Below, one piece after another: positions 46,643-56,997 of a stretch of 64,000 nucleotides of DNA. Positions within the stretch are counted from its first letter, which is position 1, and each line of letters begins with the position of its first letter. This DNA comes from Phycisphaerae bacterium (GTDB taxonomy: Bacteria > Planctomycetota > Phycisphaerae > UBA1845 > Fen-1342), in NCBI GenBank assembly GCA_963675745.2, contig CAXXWX010000015.1:32001-96000 (forward strand), written 5' to 3'. The position numbers and the translations under genes are program-made. The notes under the pieces were generated by a model, which searched no databases, had not been told where the DNA came from, and worked only from the letters and a program-made list of their open reading frames with translations.

Positions 46643-47836
46643 CTAGCCAATGTCCCAGGTCTCCGGGCTCCCGCTTCCATTTCCCCGGTCCCTTGTCCCC
46701 GACCATTCCAGCACCAGCAGCGCTACGAGCGCCAATACGGCCGCCAGCGCGTACGGCACCGCCATCCCCCAGGCAAAGGCCTGCCCGGCACATAGCGCGC
46801 CGGCGCTGCGCCCCAGGGCCGTCGCGCTCTGGTGCGCGCCGAGCATGGTGCCCTGGCGGCGGCGCCCCACACAGCGCGACAGCAATGCCGTGATCGTCGG
46901 CATGGTCAGAGCGCCGCCGGCTCCCATCAGGGCCATGCTGAACCAGAGGACGCCCAGCGGCGGCACGAGCGCCATCAGGCCCGCGCCGGCTCCCATGCAG
47001 ATGATCCCGGCCATCGCCGCCAGGCGTTCGCCATAGCGCGGCACCAGCACGCGAATCGCGCCGCCTTGCACCAATGTTGCCGTCACGCCGAACAACACGA
47101 AGATCCCAGCCGTCGCCTCTGCGTCGAAACCGTAGCTGCACTTGGTCAGCGTCGCCAGCGTCGTGGTAATCTGGGCCATAGCGAACATGAGGAGCAGAGT
47201 AACTGTCAGTAGTGGCAATGCGCCGGGCTCGCCCAAGACTGCGCGCAGTGATACGCGTGGCGCGTGCGGCTGCGTGGCGGGTACCGAACGCACAGGGTGG
47301 GTTTCGCGTAACAGGAACACGACGGTAAACAGGGATACGCCCTGGATTGCGGCGCATAGCCAGCCAACGGCTGCGTGGGAACCGAAGTGGGTAACCACCC
47401 CCCCCACCAGCGGACCGATGATCATGGACAATCCAAAAGCCGCCCCGATTATTCCCATCCCCGCGGCGCGCTTTTCGGGATCAGTGCTATCGGCCACGAC
47501 GGCGGCGGAAAGAGCGGCATTCGTGCCGAACGTGCCGGCGAGGGCGCGCGAGACGGCCAACCACTGCAAACTGGGAGCCAGCGCCCAGCCGACCGACGCC
47601 GCGATGTTGCCCATGCTGGCGAGCGCCAACAGTGGTCGCCGGCCAAACCGGTCTGACAGCCGTCCGAAGATCGGGTTGGTCATGACCTTGGGCGCCGACA
47701 TCAGCGCGAACATTACGCCGACCCAGACCGGGCCGCCGCCGAGGTCATCGCAGTAGTAACTCGTCACCGGGAAGACGGCCCAGATCACGAGTCCTTCACA
47801 GAAGACAATCAGAGCCGCGGCGAAGACTGGAGGCAT
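46643..47836 (-). CDS. MFS transporter (TetA/DHA1-like)
   Basis: GRLSDRFGRRP motif A; GPLVGG; about 12 TM segments. Confidence 0.9.
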   Translation of the reverse strand: MPPVFAAALIVFCEGLVIWAVFPVTSYYCDDLGGGPVWVGVMFALMSAPKVMTNPIFGRLSDRFGRRPLLALASMGNIAASVGWALAPSLQWLAVSRALAGTFGTNAALSAAVVADSTDPEKRAAGMGIIGAAFGLSMIIGPLVGGVVTHFGSHAAVGWLCAAIQGVSLFTVVFLLRETHPVRSVPATQPHAPRVSLRAVLGEPGALPLLTVTLLLMFAMAQITTTLATLTKCSYGFDAEATAGIFVLFGVTATLVQGGAIRVLVPRYGERLAAMAGIICMGAGAGLMALVPPLGVLWFSMALMGAGGALTMPTITALLSRCVGRRRQGTMLGAHQSATALGRSAGALCAGQAFAWGMAVPYALAAVLALVALLVLEWSGTRDRGNGSGSPETWDIG

Positions 47837-47890
47837 GGCCGAATATGTTAACGACGGCCGCGCGAGCGGTATAGCCGTGGCCGGCGCGTG

Positions 47891-50227
47891 TCAATCCGGC
47901 TTGAAGCGCATCAGCACCTCGTACACCGCGCCATTCAAGCCATCAAACGCGACGCTGACGGCCGACGTGTCAATATCTTCCTCACTTACCGGGCCGCGCT
48001 TAAGATCACGAATGAGCAGTGTACACGACGCCGGAACGTCCATGTTGAGCGTCACCCGCACGCGCCCCAAGTCCAGTATCTCGCAGGTTAGCGCCAGGTT
48101 GACACGGCGCACCGCGAGATTCGTGATCGTGTATTTCTTGCCGGTCGCGGCCAGACGCTGCGGGATAGCGGGGGCCAGCATGAAACTCACGACGTCGGTG
48201 TCGGCCGGATCGCACAGCGCGTCCGGCTCCCGAAACCCGATGATGCCCCGGATGATCTGCGCCGGCAGCGTACCACCCCAGCCATAGGCCTCGCCCCCCG
48301 GTTCAACGTCGTCCGCCACGGGCCAGTACTCATTGGCCACGCCTGGTATGCGCCAAGCGTAGGGCTTGCCCTTGTCCACCAACCTCACCTCGCGCGCGTC
48401 AGTGCGGGCATATACGCGCTCAGCGATGTCGGCGATGGCTTCCGCGGCCAGCTCGCGGGCTTGTGCGGTCCAGGCGGCTTCGACAAACGCCAGCGTGAAC
48501 GACGGCCATTCGAGCCAAACCTGCGACTGCTCGCAAAGCCGCGCCAGCGCCGGCTTCACAGCCGCAATCTGCTCAGCGGTGGCCACGCCACAGGTCAGCG
48601 GCGCGATCATCATGATGTCCTGGTAGTCCAGCACGATCGGTTTGCCGCTGGCGATATCGACGTCGCGAAACCAACCATCGTCAAACATATCCCGCACGAC
48701 CTTCGTGCGCTGCTCCGCCAGTTCTTTCCAACGGGGCGTATCCTCGGGCGCGTCGGCCACTTCGGAGAAGTGCGCCATCAGCTTCAGCGCCTCGGCCACA
48801 CCGGCCTCGACGTCCACCGCACCAACGCTCTCGGCGATGCCGCCTTCGCGCGCCGGAAAACGCCGCGATCCATCCTGCCCCGACTCCCAATCACATTTGC
48901 AGTGGAAGTAGCCCGTTGTCCCCAGCCGATGTTCAAACCACCATTCCAGATACGCCTTCAGCAGTGGATATAACGCTGTGATCCACTGATCATCACCCGT
49001 GGCGGCATAGATCGCCTTGATCACATGGAACGGAAAGCACCAGGATGGCGCGGTTCCGCACGCCATGCCGTCCGCGGCAATCATGTTCATGGTGCCGTCT
49101 TCGCGCACACACGGCACGTTGGGGGCCGGCGCGTCAGCGAACACGCCCAGCATAACCTCCTTGGCCCGCTCGATATCGGCGTAGTGCAGCGCGAGCATAT
49201 CAACCGCCGTTTCGGCCAGCACGCTCCGCGGCGCGTGTATCTGCATGCCGTCCCAATGGTGCGCGAATAGCCCCGCCGGCGGGCGCACGACCATGCGTAC
49301 GGTTTCAAAGTCGTATACCCAGCCACGCTTCCAGATTTCCGGCCAGTCGCCTTCGAGCAGCGGGCAACTCGACCAGAACGCCTCATCCTCATCAAGCTGC
49401 AATTCGAGCGTCGGCAGCGCCCGATCCAGCGACGACGTGAACTCCTCGAGCGCCCAGGTTTCGTTGGCCCCGCGCACCAGTCCGATCAGCGCCTTGACAC
49501 TCTCGGTCGCCGGAACCGCGAGCTTGTAGGACATCACCGCGTGCAGCGGCCCGGGCCCGCGCACCGAGGCCCCGTTGTTGGAAGACAGGTCGTTTTCGTG
49601 CAGCCAGCCCTGCCACTCGCGCTCCGACGCCGTGGCCTTGTGGGCCACCGACTGCATGTCGCTGCCCAGTACGAAGTAGTCGCCGTAAGCCCAGATCGTG
49701 CTCACGGCGCAATCGGCTTCGCGCACGTACCGCGCCGCCACTCCATCACTCCCCCACCAGCGCGTGTTCCACAAGCCATAGATGTTGGTGGCGTGCAGCA
49801 CGATCATCCGGTCGATGGCCTGTGTGTTGTGTACTTCGATGCGGCAGAACAGCGCGCTCTCGCGCGACAGGAAATACTTCAGGCTGAACACCAGCCCGGC
49901 GCAGATCCAGTCATAGCTCATCATCTGTGTTGTGTGGTACCGCGATCCGAGCGGAATGCGATTGGATATGAAGTCGGCGCTGGTCGCCAGGCGCAGATCA
50001 TCGACGGCTACGGCCATGTTCATGAGCGACAGGTAGTTCACACGCTCCTGGCTGCCGCCGCCGTAACACCCCTTGAACGAACTTCGCCAGAATCCGAAAC
50101 CGAGTGGCGGGACCGAGCGGAGCACCCCGCCCCCACTGCTGCACAACGTGTGCATCGGGTTATCAAGGTAGCCGTGCGGCGTGTAGTCGTTCTCGGGAAA
50201 ACTCTGCGGCACGACAAGATCATTCAT
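47891..50227 (-). CDS. (alpha/alpha)6 glycoside hydrolase, GH63/trehalase-like
   Basis: WESGQDGSRRF motif; C-terminal EYW..YGW. Confidence 0.65.
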   Translation of the reverse strand: MNDLVVPQSFPENDYTPHGYLDNPMHTLCSSGGGVLRSVPPLGFGFWRSSFKGCYGGGSQERVNYLSLMNMAVAVDDLRLATSADFISNRIPLGSRYHTTQMMSYDWICAGLVFSLKYFLSRESALFCRIEVHNTQAIDRMIVLHATNIYGLWNTRWWGSDGVAARYVREADCAVSTIWAYGDYFVLGSDMQSVAHKATASEREWQGWLHENDLSSNNGASVRGPGPLHAVMSYKLAVPATESVKALIGLVRGANETWALEEFTSSLDRALPTLELQLDEDEAFWSSCPLLEGDWPEIWKRGWVYDFETVRMVVRPPAGLFAHHWDGMQIHAPRSVLAETAVDMLALHYADIERAKEVMLGVFADAPAPNVPCVREDGTMNMIAADGMACGTAPSWCFPFHVIKAIYAATGDDQWITALYPLLKAYLEWWFEHRLGTTGYFHCKCDWESGQDGSRRFPAREGGIAESVGAVDVEAGVAEALKLMAHFSEVADAPEDTPRWKELAEQRTKVVRDMFDDGWFRDVDIASGKPIVLDYQDIMMIAPLTCGVATAEQIAAVKPALARLCEQSQVWLEWPSFTLAFVEAAWTAQARELAAEAIADIAERVYARTDAREVRLVDKGKPYAWRIPGVANEYWPVADDVEPGGEAYGWGGTLPAQIIRGIIGFREPDALCDPADTDVVSFMLAPAIPQRLAATGKKYTITNLAVRRVNLALTCEILDLGRVRVTLNMDVPASCTLLIRDLKRGPVSEEDIDTSAVSVAFDGLNGAVYEVLMRFKPD

Positions 50228-50391
50228 GGTTACACCAGCACCTACCCGCGCGAGTCAAGCCCCCCGCCTCCGCCGACCGGCCACGATGGCGGCGATGGAA
50301 GCCGTCCGAATACCACGGCGGCACGGGGTATTCAACCGGTGAGGGCCGTAAGTTGCAAACCTGTGCCGCGGTATTGTGACGGGCACCCTGC

Positions 50392-51909
50392 TCACTCCGG
50401 CCGCCGGATCCCGTACTTGCGCATGCGATAGCGCAGATTGTCGCGCGTCATGCCGAGTGATTTGGCCGCGCGCGTCTGATTCCAGTCGTGCTCGCGCAGC
50501 GCCTGCACCACCAGCGATTTCTCGTACGCCTCGACCGAAGCGCCAGCGGTATCCACCGACATCATGACGCGCTGTCCGGCAATCTCGGGCGGCAACTGCT
50601 CGGGTTTGATGCTGTCGGAGTCGCAGAGAAGCACGGCGCGCTCGACCACGTTACGCAATTCGCGGATGTTCCCCGGCCAACGGTACGTCGCCAGGAGTGA
50701 CAGGGCTTCCTCGGACGTGGTCAGCGGCCGCGCGCCGAGTTCCTTCACACTGTGGGACACGTAATACTCCACCAACGCCGGAATATCTTCGGTCCGCTCG
50801 CGCAGCGGGGCCACGTGAATCGGGAAGACATTCAGCCGGTAGTACAGGTCCTCGCGAAATCCACCGCTGTCAATAGCCGCCTTCAGGTCGCGGTTGGTGG
50901 CGGCGATGATGCGCACGTCGCACGCGATGGCCTTGGTGCCGCCCACGCGCACAAATTCACGCTCCTGCAAGACGCGCAGCAGCTTGATCTGCGTCGATGG
51001 GCTGATGTCGCCGATCTCGTCCAGAAACAAAGTGCCCCGGTCGGCCAGCTCGAAACGCCCCGCCTTGCGCCCGGCCGCGCCGGTGAAAGCGCCGGCCTCG
51101 TGGCCGAACAGCTCGCTTTCCAGCAGAGTCTCCGGCAAGGCGGCGCAGTTTATGGCGACGAAGGGTTGCTCAGACCGCGGGCTGCGCTCGTGAATCGCCC
51201 GGGCGCAGACTTCCTTGCCGGTCCCGGTCTCACCCAGCAACAACACCGTCGCGTTGGTGCCGGCCACGCGGTCGCACAAACGCTGAACCTCACGCAGTGC
51301 GGCGCTGTCGCCGATGATCGGCCGCTGCCGATGAGCGCCGACGCGCAAACCCAGGTTGGCTCGTTTGATACCCTCATGCCGCTGGGCATTGGCCGTGCTG
51401 ATCGCCGCCAGATTGGCGAACAGACGCAGCAACTCCTTGTCCCGCGGTGTAAAGGGCGCGTCGCCCTTTCTGTTGAGCACCTCGATGACGCCGATCACTT
51501 CGGAGTGCAGGATCATCGGCGCGCCGATTATGCCGCGTGTGACAAAACTCGACTTGTCGTCGAATTCGCGGAAGAAATCGGGGTGCTGATGCGCGTCGGG
51601 CACCAGCACCGGCTGGCCGATGGTCGCAACCCGGCCGGCTATGCCCGCCTGCGCGTCCATCTCCTGCCCCAGCAACCTGTCACTGGTCGTGCCGATCGCC
51701 GCCTCGAACACCAGCCGCTTCCGTCGTTTGTCGAGCAGAAGCACCGAGCTCGCTTCAGCGTTCAAGACTTCGGCCGCCGAGGTGGCAATGGCTTTTAGCG
51801 TTGCGGAGAGATCGAGACTGGAGCTGATCAGCGCTGACGCTTCGACGAGCGCTTTGAGCTCGCGCTCGCCCAACGCCCCTTCGGACAATCTGACGGGCTT
51901 GGTGGACAT
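50392..51909 (-). CDS. GAF-domain sigma54-dependent (Fis-family) transcriptional activator
   Basis: [38 protein letters not shown]-terminal HTH. Confidence 0.95.
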   Translation of the reverse strand: MSTKPVRLSEGALGERELKALVEASALISSSLDLSATLKAIATSAAEVLNAEASSVLLLDKRRKRLVFEAAIGTTSDRLLGQEMDAQAGIAGRVATIGQPVLVPDAHQHPDFFREFDDKSSFVTRGIIGAPMILHSEVIGVIEVLNRKGDAPFTPRDKELLRLFANLAAISTANAQRHEGIKRANLGLRVGAHRQRPIIGDSAALREVQRLCDRVAGTNATVLLLGETGTGKEVCARAIHERSPRSEQPFVAINCAALPETLLESELFGHEAGAFTGAAGRKAGRFELADRGTLFLDEIGDISPSTQIKLLRVLQEREFVRVGGTKAIACDVRIIAATNRDLKAAIDSGGFREDLYYRLNVFPIHVAPLRERTEDIPALVEYYVSHSVKELGARPLTTSEEALSLLATYRWPGNIRELRNVVERAVLLCDSDSIKPEQLPPEIAGQRVMMSVDTAGASVEAYEKSLVVQALREHDWNQTRAAKSLGMTRDNLRYRMRKYGIRRPE

Positions 51910-52239
51910 CCTGTTAACCCGTGGAGTTGTGACCGGTTACGACAGCGGTCGCAAACCGACGCCGGAACCCACCGAGCCGCGATCAACACAACCCGGCCCC
52001 GCAGCCCTTACGCCTGCGAGCAGTTGACCCGATAATCCCTCTCTTGGCAAGAGAGCCCAAGCGGCGGCGGAGGTGCCCGGCCCCTTGCGGCACGTGGCAT
52101 CCGTCAGGACGGCCACCGCCCTGGCTGATGACCGGTCATCCGCCGATCCCGACGCCGTTGCCGGATCGGGTTCTTGGCCGAATTATCCACCGTTTCCGAA
52201 CCGCGAGGGCTCGCGGGCGTAGTGAGGTATCAGGTGGGA

Positions 52240-52833
52240 GTGGCTGACCGAACTGATGCTGAGTTGTTGCGCGCACACCTGACCGGTGATTCGACCGCGT
52301 TCGAGGTGCTCACGACCCGTTACGCCAGCGAGTTGTTCCGGTTTGTCCTGCGTTTTATCAACAACGCTGCCGTCGCCGAAGACCTGGTGCAGGAAGCGTT
52401 TATCCAACTTCACGTCTCGGCGGCAACCTTTGACACGCGGCGGCCGCTCAAACCGTGGCTTTACACGATCACGGCCAATAAGGCCCGCGATTATCTGCGC
52501 TCCCGCGGACGCAAGCAGATGCGCTCGCTCGATTCGTCCGGTATCGACGAAGACGGCCCGACGCCGGCTGACACGCTCGAAGCCCCAGGGGCATCCGTAT
52601 CGGATGACGCCGAGGCCGACGAACGCCGCAAGCTCGTCCGCGAGCTGGTGGCCGAAATGCCCGAGCATCTGAAGACCATCCTGCTGCTGGGCTACTTTCA
52701 GCAACTGCCTTATGCCCAGATCGCGGAGATTCTCGAGATCCCCGTCGGAACGGTGAAATCACGCCTTCACGCGGCGGTCTCACATTTTGCCGGATTATGG
52801 CGAAGTCACGGCGAACACACAGAATCCGCGTGA
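52240..52833 (+). CDS. ECF RNA polymerase sigma factor (RpoE-like)
   Basis: AEDLVQEAF, WLYTITANKARD, IAEILEIPVGTVKSRLH; start approximate. Confidence 0.9.
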   Translation: MADRTDAELLRAHLTGDSTAFEVLTTRYASELFRFVLRFINNAAVAEDLVQEAFIQLHVSAATFDTRRPLKPWLYTITANKARDYLRSRGRKQMRSLDSSGIDEDGPTPADTLEAPGASVSDDAEADERRKLVRELVAEMPEHLKTILLLGYFQQLPYAQIAEILEIPVGTVKSRLHAAVSHFAGLWRSHGEHTESA

Positions 52834-52935
52834 CGTATGCACAGTTGTATCCCGGGTCGCAGTCGTTGACCGTCTGATCAACCCTGGATCTGCTAATCCC
52901 GGACCCGTTCGCCGGAACCAATAGGTACTACGCAC

Positions 52936-53955
52936 ATGTCCGATCTGCCCGACGGTGTATTCGCTCCTGATCTACTCGACCTGCATCTGGGTCGACTGTC
53001 AGACGAGCAAACGAAGCTGGTCATGGCCCGGATTGAGCAAGACCCGGCCCTCGCCGAGCAGCACGACGTTCTGCTGTCGGTGTTTGCCGCGTTGGAGAGT
53101 GTGCGGCGTGAGCCGATACCGGACGGCGTCGCCGACCGCATTGCCGGTCGTGTCGCGACGTCGATCAGGCGTGTCCGCGTTATCAGACCACCATCCAAGC
53201 CGGACGACGACGCCGATGCCGCCTCCGCGCCGCTGCTGATCCCCTTCAGAGGCATGCGCGAGATTATCGCCGTCGCTGCCATGATCGTGCTGGCGGTCGG
53301 TCTGGGTATTCCAGGACTGCTCAGCGTGCGTGAACGCGGCCAGCGCATCGCCTGCTCCGCGCAACTTGCCGGCATCGGTCAGGGTTTGCAGACCTATGCC
53401 GCCGGCTACAACAACAGCCTGCCGTTCGCCGGCTGGGATGAGCACAAAACCTGGGCGATGTCGGAGAATCCGGCTGACGAGATCATGCCCAACCGCCGCC
53501 ACCTGTACCGGCTGGTACGCGGGCATTACACCTCGCCGAACCGGTTCGTGTGCCCCTCGCGGATGCACGTTCCCATGCCCGATGACAAGGTCGGCGAGCT
53601 CGACGATTTCCCCGAGGCCAACAACGTCAGTTTCGCCTATCAGAACATGGCCAAAGTGCGCCCCTCGCTCGACGACAACGCGGACCTGCCTATCCTGGCC
53701 GATGACAACCCGCTCTTCGACGACGGGATCCCCGTGCTCGGATTGCTCCGCCAGGGCTTTAACGCGGCGAGCGGTAACTCCACCGCGCACCGCGGCCAGG
53801 GACAGAACATTCTCTCACTCAGCGGGCACGTTCGCTGGACCACAACACCGCTCTGCGGTTTTGATGGCGATAACATCTGGACCTTGCAGGACGTCGAATC
53901 CTACACCGGTCGCGAGGGACCCGCCTCAACACGCGACGCGCACATGCTCAAGTAG
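52936..53955 (+). CDS. Anti-sigma-like membrane protein with a DUF1559-like extracytoplasmic domain
   Basis: LLDLHLGRLS N-terminus, TM segment, then RE..QRIAC..QL..IG.GL..YA, FVCPS, H...GQNIL..GHV.W. Confidence 0.7.
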   Translation: MSDLPDGVFAPDLLDLHLGRLSDEQTKLVMARIEQDPALAEQHDVLLSVFAALESVRREPIPDGVADRIAGRVATSIRRVRVIRPPSKPDDDADAASAPLLIPFRGMREIIAVAAMIVLAVGLGIPGLLSVRERGQRIACSAQLAGIGQGLQTYAAGYNNSLPFAGWDEHKTWAMSENPADEIMPNRRHLYRLVRGHYTSPNRFVCPSRMHVPMPDDKVGELDDFPEANNVSFAYQNMAKVRPSLDDNADLPILADDNPLFDDGIPVLGLLRQGFNAASGNSTAHRGQGQNILSLSGHVRWTTTPLCGFDGDNIWTLQDVESYTGREGPASTRDAHMLK

Positions 53956-54032
53956 CTCCCGCTATACGCCTTGCCTATTCGACGCCGGACTCGCTGGTGC
54001 AACCTCCCGCCAGCGGGGCCGGCGTTGGTCGA

Positions 54033-54075
54033 TTTTGAGTTTTCAGTTTTCAGTTTTCAGTGTTCAGTGTTCAGT
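54033..54075 (+). repeat. Heptamer microsatellite (TTTTCAG/TGTTCAG, about 6 copies)
   Basis: ttttgag-ttttcag-ttttcag-ttttcag-tgttcag-tgttcag. Confidence 0.8.
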
Positions 54076-54239
54076 AACGAAAGCCGTGCCCCGCCGCCGG
54101 AGGGTGCCCCGTGGCTTGCCGCGGGGGACTGACGCCACTGATCTACCTTTATCCGCGAAAACCGCGTACGATCCGTGGGGGATATGTTCACGAACGTCGC
54201 GCCGGGCCGCGGCGTTCGGTCAAAACGGAGGGTCTTGCC

Positions 54240-55301
54240 GTGCGCGCTGTGATTCAAGCCATTCCGCTGCTGCTCTGCCTAACGCTGGCCGCGCCAGGCT
54301 CGGCGCAAGTGCCGATCCTTGACAACATCGACGCCTTTGTCCCGGATGGTACGACCTACTACGAGAACGCGCAACTCGTCGACTACGGCGCCGGCTATGT
54401 CAGCTTCTGGGTCGTCGAGGACTTCCGCGTTGACGACCTGTCGGCCGACATCACACGCATCGAGTGGCTCGGTAAATACAGCAACGAGTACACCGGCGGC
54501 AGCGAACTGACCTACACCGCCGAGATCATCGTGCTCGAAGAGCGCGACGGCGTCATCGACCCCGACCCACTGCCCTACTACCTCGCCGAAGGCCTTACCT
54601 TTGACCGCGCCGGGACCGAGATCGGCAGCGACGTCGTCGAGCGTTTCGGCGTCGACTTACCTGTGGCCTTTGTCCTGACGCCGGGCATGCACGTTTACGT
54701 CGGCGTGCGTCTCAAGTCCGACGCCGGCTTCATCGGCGGCAACCACGGTCTCGCCTGCACGGGCAATCCGGCTTTGCCGCACAGTGACACCAGTGCCGCG
54801 TATCGCTCTGACTTCGGCTTTCCCGACTGGACGCTGATGAGCACCGAGCCGTTCTGGAACGATAACGGCCATCTCGAATACGCCATCCAGCTTCTCGGCG
54901 AACATCGCGATTGCGACGGCGACGGCACGCCGGACTATGACGAGATCCAGGGCGGCGCCGACGATTGCAACACGAACTGGGTGCCGGACGAGTGCGAGCT
55001 GGACGGCAACGACTGCAACACCAACGGCATCCCCGACGAGTGCGACATCACCTCGGGCTTCAGCCAGGACGAAAACGAAAACGACATCCCCGATGAGTGC
55101 GAATTCGATCTGGGCGACCTGAACTGCGACGGCTGGGTCAACAACGGCGACATCGACGCCTTCGTCGACGCCATCTCCGACCCACCCACCTACGCCGCCA
55201 CCTATCCCGACTGCGACATCAACCTGGGCGACATCAACCAGGACGGCTGGGTAAACAACGGCGACATCGACGCATTCGTAGACCTGATCGCGCCGCGGTA
55301 A
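54240..55301 (+). CDS. Secreted protein with DCN..G.PDEC repeats and a C-terminal dockerin-like domain
   Basis: Signal peptide; GDLNCDGWVNNGDIDAFV..YPDCDINLGDINQDGWVNNGDIDAFV. Confidence 0.85.
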   Translation: MRAVIQAIPLLLCLTLAAPGSAQVPILDNIDAFVPDGTTYYENAQLVDYGAGYVSFWVVEDFRVDDLSADITRIEWLGKYSNEYTGGSELTYTAEIIVLEERDGVIDPDPLPYYLAEGLTFDRAGTEIGSDVVERFGVDLPVAFVLTPGMHVYVGVRLKSDAGFIGGNHGLACTGNPALPHSDTSAAYRSDFGFPDWTLMSTEPFWNDNGHLEYAIQLLGEHRDCDGDGTPDYDEIQGGADDCNTNWVPDECELDGNDCNTNGIPDECDITSGFSQDENENDIPDECEFDLGDLNCDGWVNNGDIDAFVDAISDPPTYAATYPDCDINLGDINQDGWVNNGDIDAFVDLIAPR

Positions 55302-55415
55302 CTCGTGCCACTGCTCTTGAGCAGTGCCGGCTCGGCGCGCGAGCCCGGTTTATTCCGTGCCCTGCTGCACGTCTCGATACTCAGACGCGGTTGCGCGTAT
55401 CGCGCAGGCCATCCG

Positions 55416-55862
55416 CTATTCATCGCTTGGCGGCTGCGCGATCAGGGCTTCGTCAAACGCGGTGCCGCACTCCGGGCAGCGTGGCGTGAGTTGACCGCGC
55501 AGGTCATAGCCGCAGCTCAGGCAGATCGGTATCCCCCGCTCCTGCAATTGGCGACGGAGGTGACGCCGTATCGGATTGCGCCAGAGCCACTGCATGACGC
55601 CGAAGGTCACGCCAGACAAAACCCCTCCGACCAGCCCGCCGTACGCGGCGTGTGGAATCTGTATGAACAGGCCGAGTATATGCAAGGCGGCCACCAGCAC
55701 TAAACCTCCGACAGCAAAAAAAGCCGCGACGGAGCACCAGAACGTCCATTTGCGCTGTTGGCGACGCATGGCCATGGAGAGCGCCTTCTGGCTGTCCTTC
55801 TTCGACGAAAACCGCGCTAACTCAGGGAACAGACGGCTGGAGCGGTCGCGTTGTGAAGACAT
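55416..55862 (-). CDS. Two-TM membrane protein with C-terminal zinc ribbon
   Basis: LFPEL..F N-terminus; CLSCGYDLRG..RCPECG. Confidence 0.75.
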   Translation of the reverse strand: MSSQRDRSSRLFPELARFSSKKDSQKALSMAMRRQQRKWTFWCSVAAFFAVGGLVLVAALHILGLFIQIPHAAYGGLVGGVLSGVTFGVMQWLWRNPIRRHLRRQLQERGIPICLSCGYDLRGQLTPRCPECGTAFDEALIAQPPSDE

Positions 55863-56008
55863 TTCCGGCGAACTCCCATTGATCCAGGATGAGCGCGAAA
55901 CGCACTGCTCAAGAGCGGTGGCAGAGAACCATGCCACTACGGCGCGAGCGTTAACGTAAGGCCAACGACTGACAACTGATGGCCAACGATACCGTCGACC
56001 ACGCCAAA

Positions 56009-56995
56009 CGTCCCGCCAGGGACGTGTGAACCTAGCCCAGGACGCAGTCCTGGGGTTCGGGCGTTCTTCGCGTGTGGCAAGTCCCGCCAAGGACGGACGA
56101 AAACTCGCTCGGCGCCATTATGTGATCAAAGCCCTACCCCGCGGACGGGTGATTCAGCCGTCCCTGGCGGGACTGAATCTCCTGGGCACGATCGCGGTCC
56201 CAGCATTGCATGCTGGGCTAGAGTCATCCGCCCCTGACGGGGCTACCACTCGGCGAGAAATCTGCCCGACCGTGGTGCGCGGCATGCGTGCGATCAACCG
56301 ACGGGACTGAATCTCCTGGGCACGATCGCGGTCCCAGCATTGCATGCTGGGCTAGAGTCATCCGCCCCTGACGGGGCTACCACTCGGCGAGAAATCTGCC
56401 CGACCGTGGTGCGCGGCATGCGTGCGATCAACCGACGGGACTGAATCTCCTGGGCACGATCGCGGTCCCAGCATTGCATGCTGGGCTAGAATCATCCGCC
56501 CCTGACGGGGCTGCCACTCGGCGAGAAATCTGCCCGACCGTGGTGCGCGGCATGCGTGCGATCAACCGACGGGACTGAATCTCCTGGGCATGATCGCGGT
56601 CCCAGCATTGCATGCTGGGCTAGAGTCATCCGCCCCTGACGGGGCTACCACTCGGCGAGAAATCTGCCCGACCGTGGTGCGCGGCATGCGTGCGATCAAC
56701 CGACGGCCAAGCAGACACGACGACGAACCCTCGCGAATCCAGCATGCCGCCGGCGCGGGATGTCCCGCCAGGGATATCTGAACCTAGCCCAGGACGCAAT
56801 CCTGGAACTCCAGCGCGGGCCGCGTACCGAGCGTCCCGGCAGGGACATCTGAACTTGGCCCAGGACGCAGTCCTGGGATTCGGGCGTTCTTCGCGTGTGG
56901 CAAGTCCCGCCAGGGACGACTGAACCTGGCCCAGGACGCAGTCCTGCCTCTCCAGCGCGGGCCGCGCGCCGAACTCCCCGCCAGGGACGGCTGAA
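56009..56995. repeat. REP/BIME-like cluster of multi-hairpin units next to TnpA
   Basis: Repeated GTCCCG(C/G)CAGGGAC and GCCCAGGACGCAGTCCTG hairpins, with inverted counterparts. Confidence 0.85.
56168..56706 (+). repeat. Four tandem 134-bp repeats
   Basis: Units start at 56168, 56302, 56436 and 56570; only about 3 substitutions among copies. Confidence 0.95.
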
Positions 56996-56997
56996 CG

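Noticed and set aside
46643..47836. Bona fide tetracycline resistance gene tetA
   Set aside because: Only family-level DHA1 motifs; no adjacent tetR; substrate cannot be assigned.
56168..56706. CRISPR-like array
   Set aside because: Units are near-identical 134-bp tandem copies with no unique spacers, and there are no cas genes.
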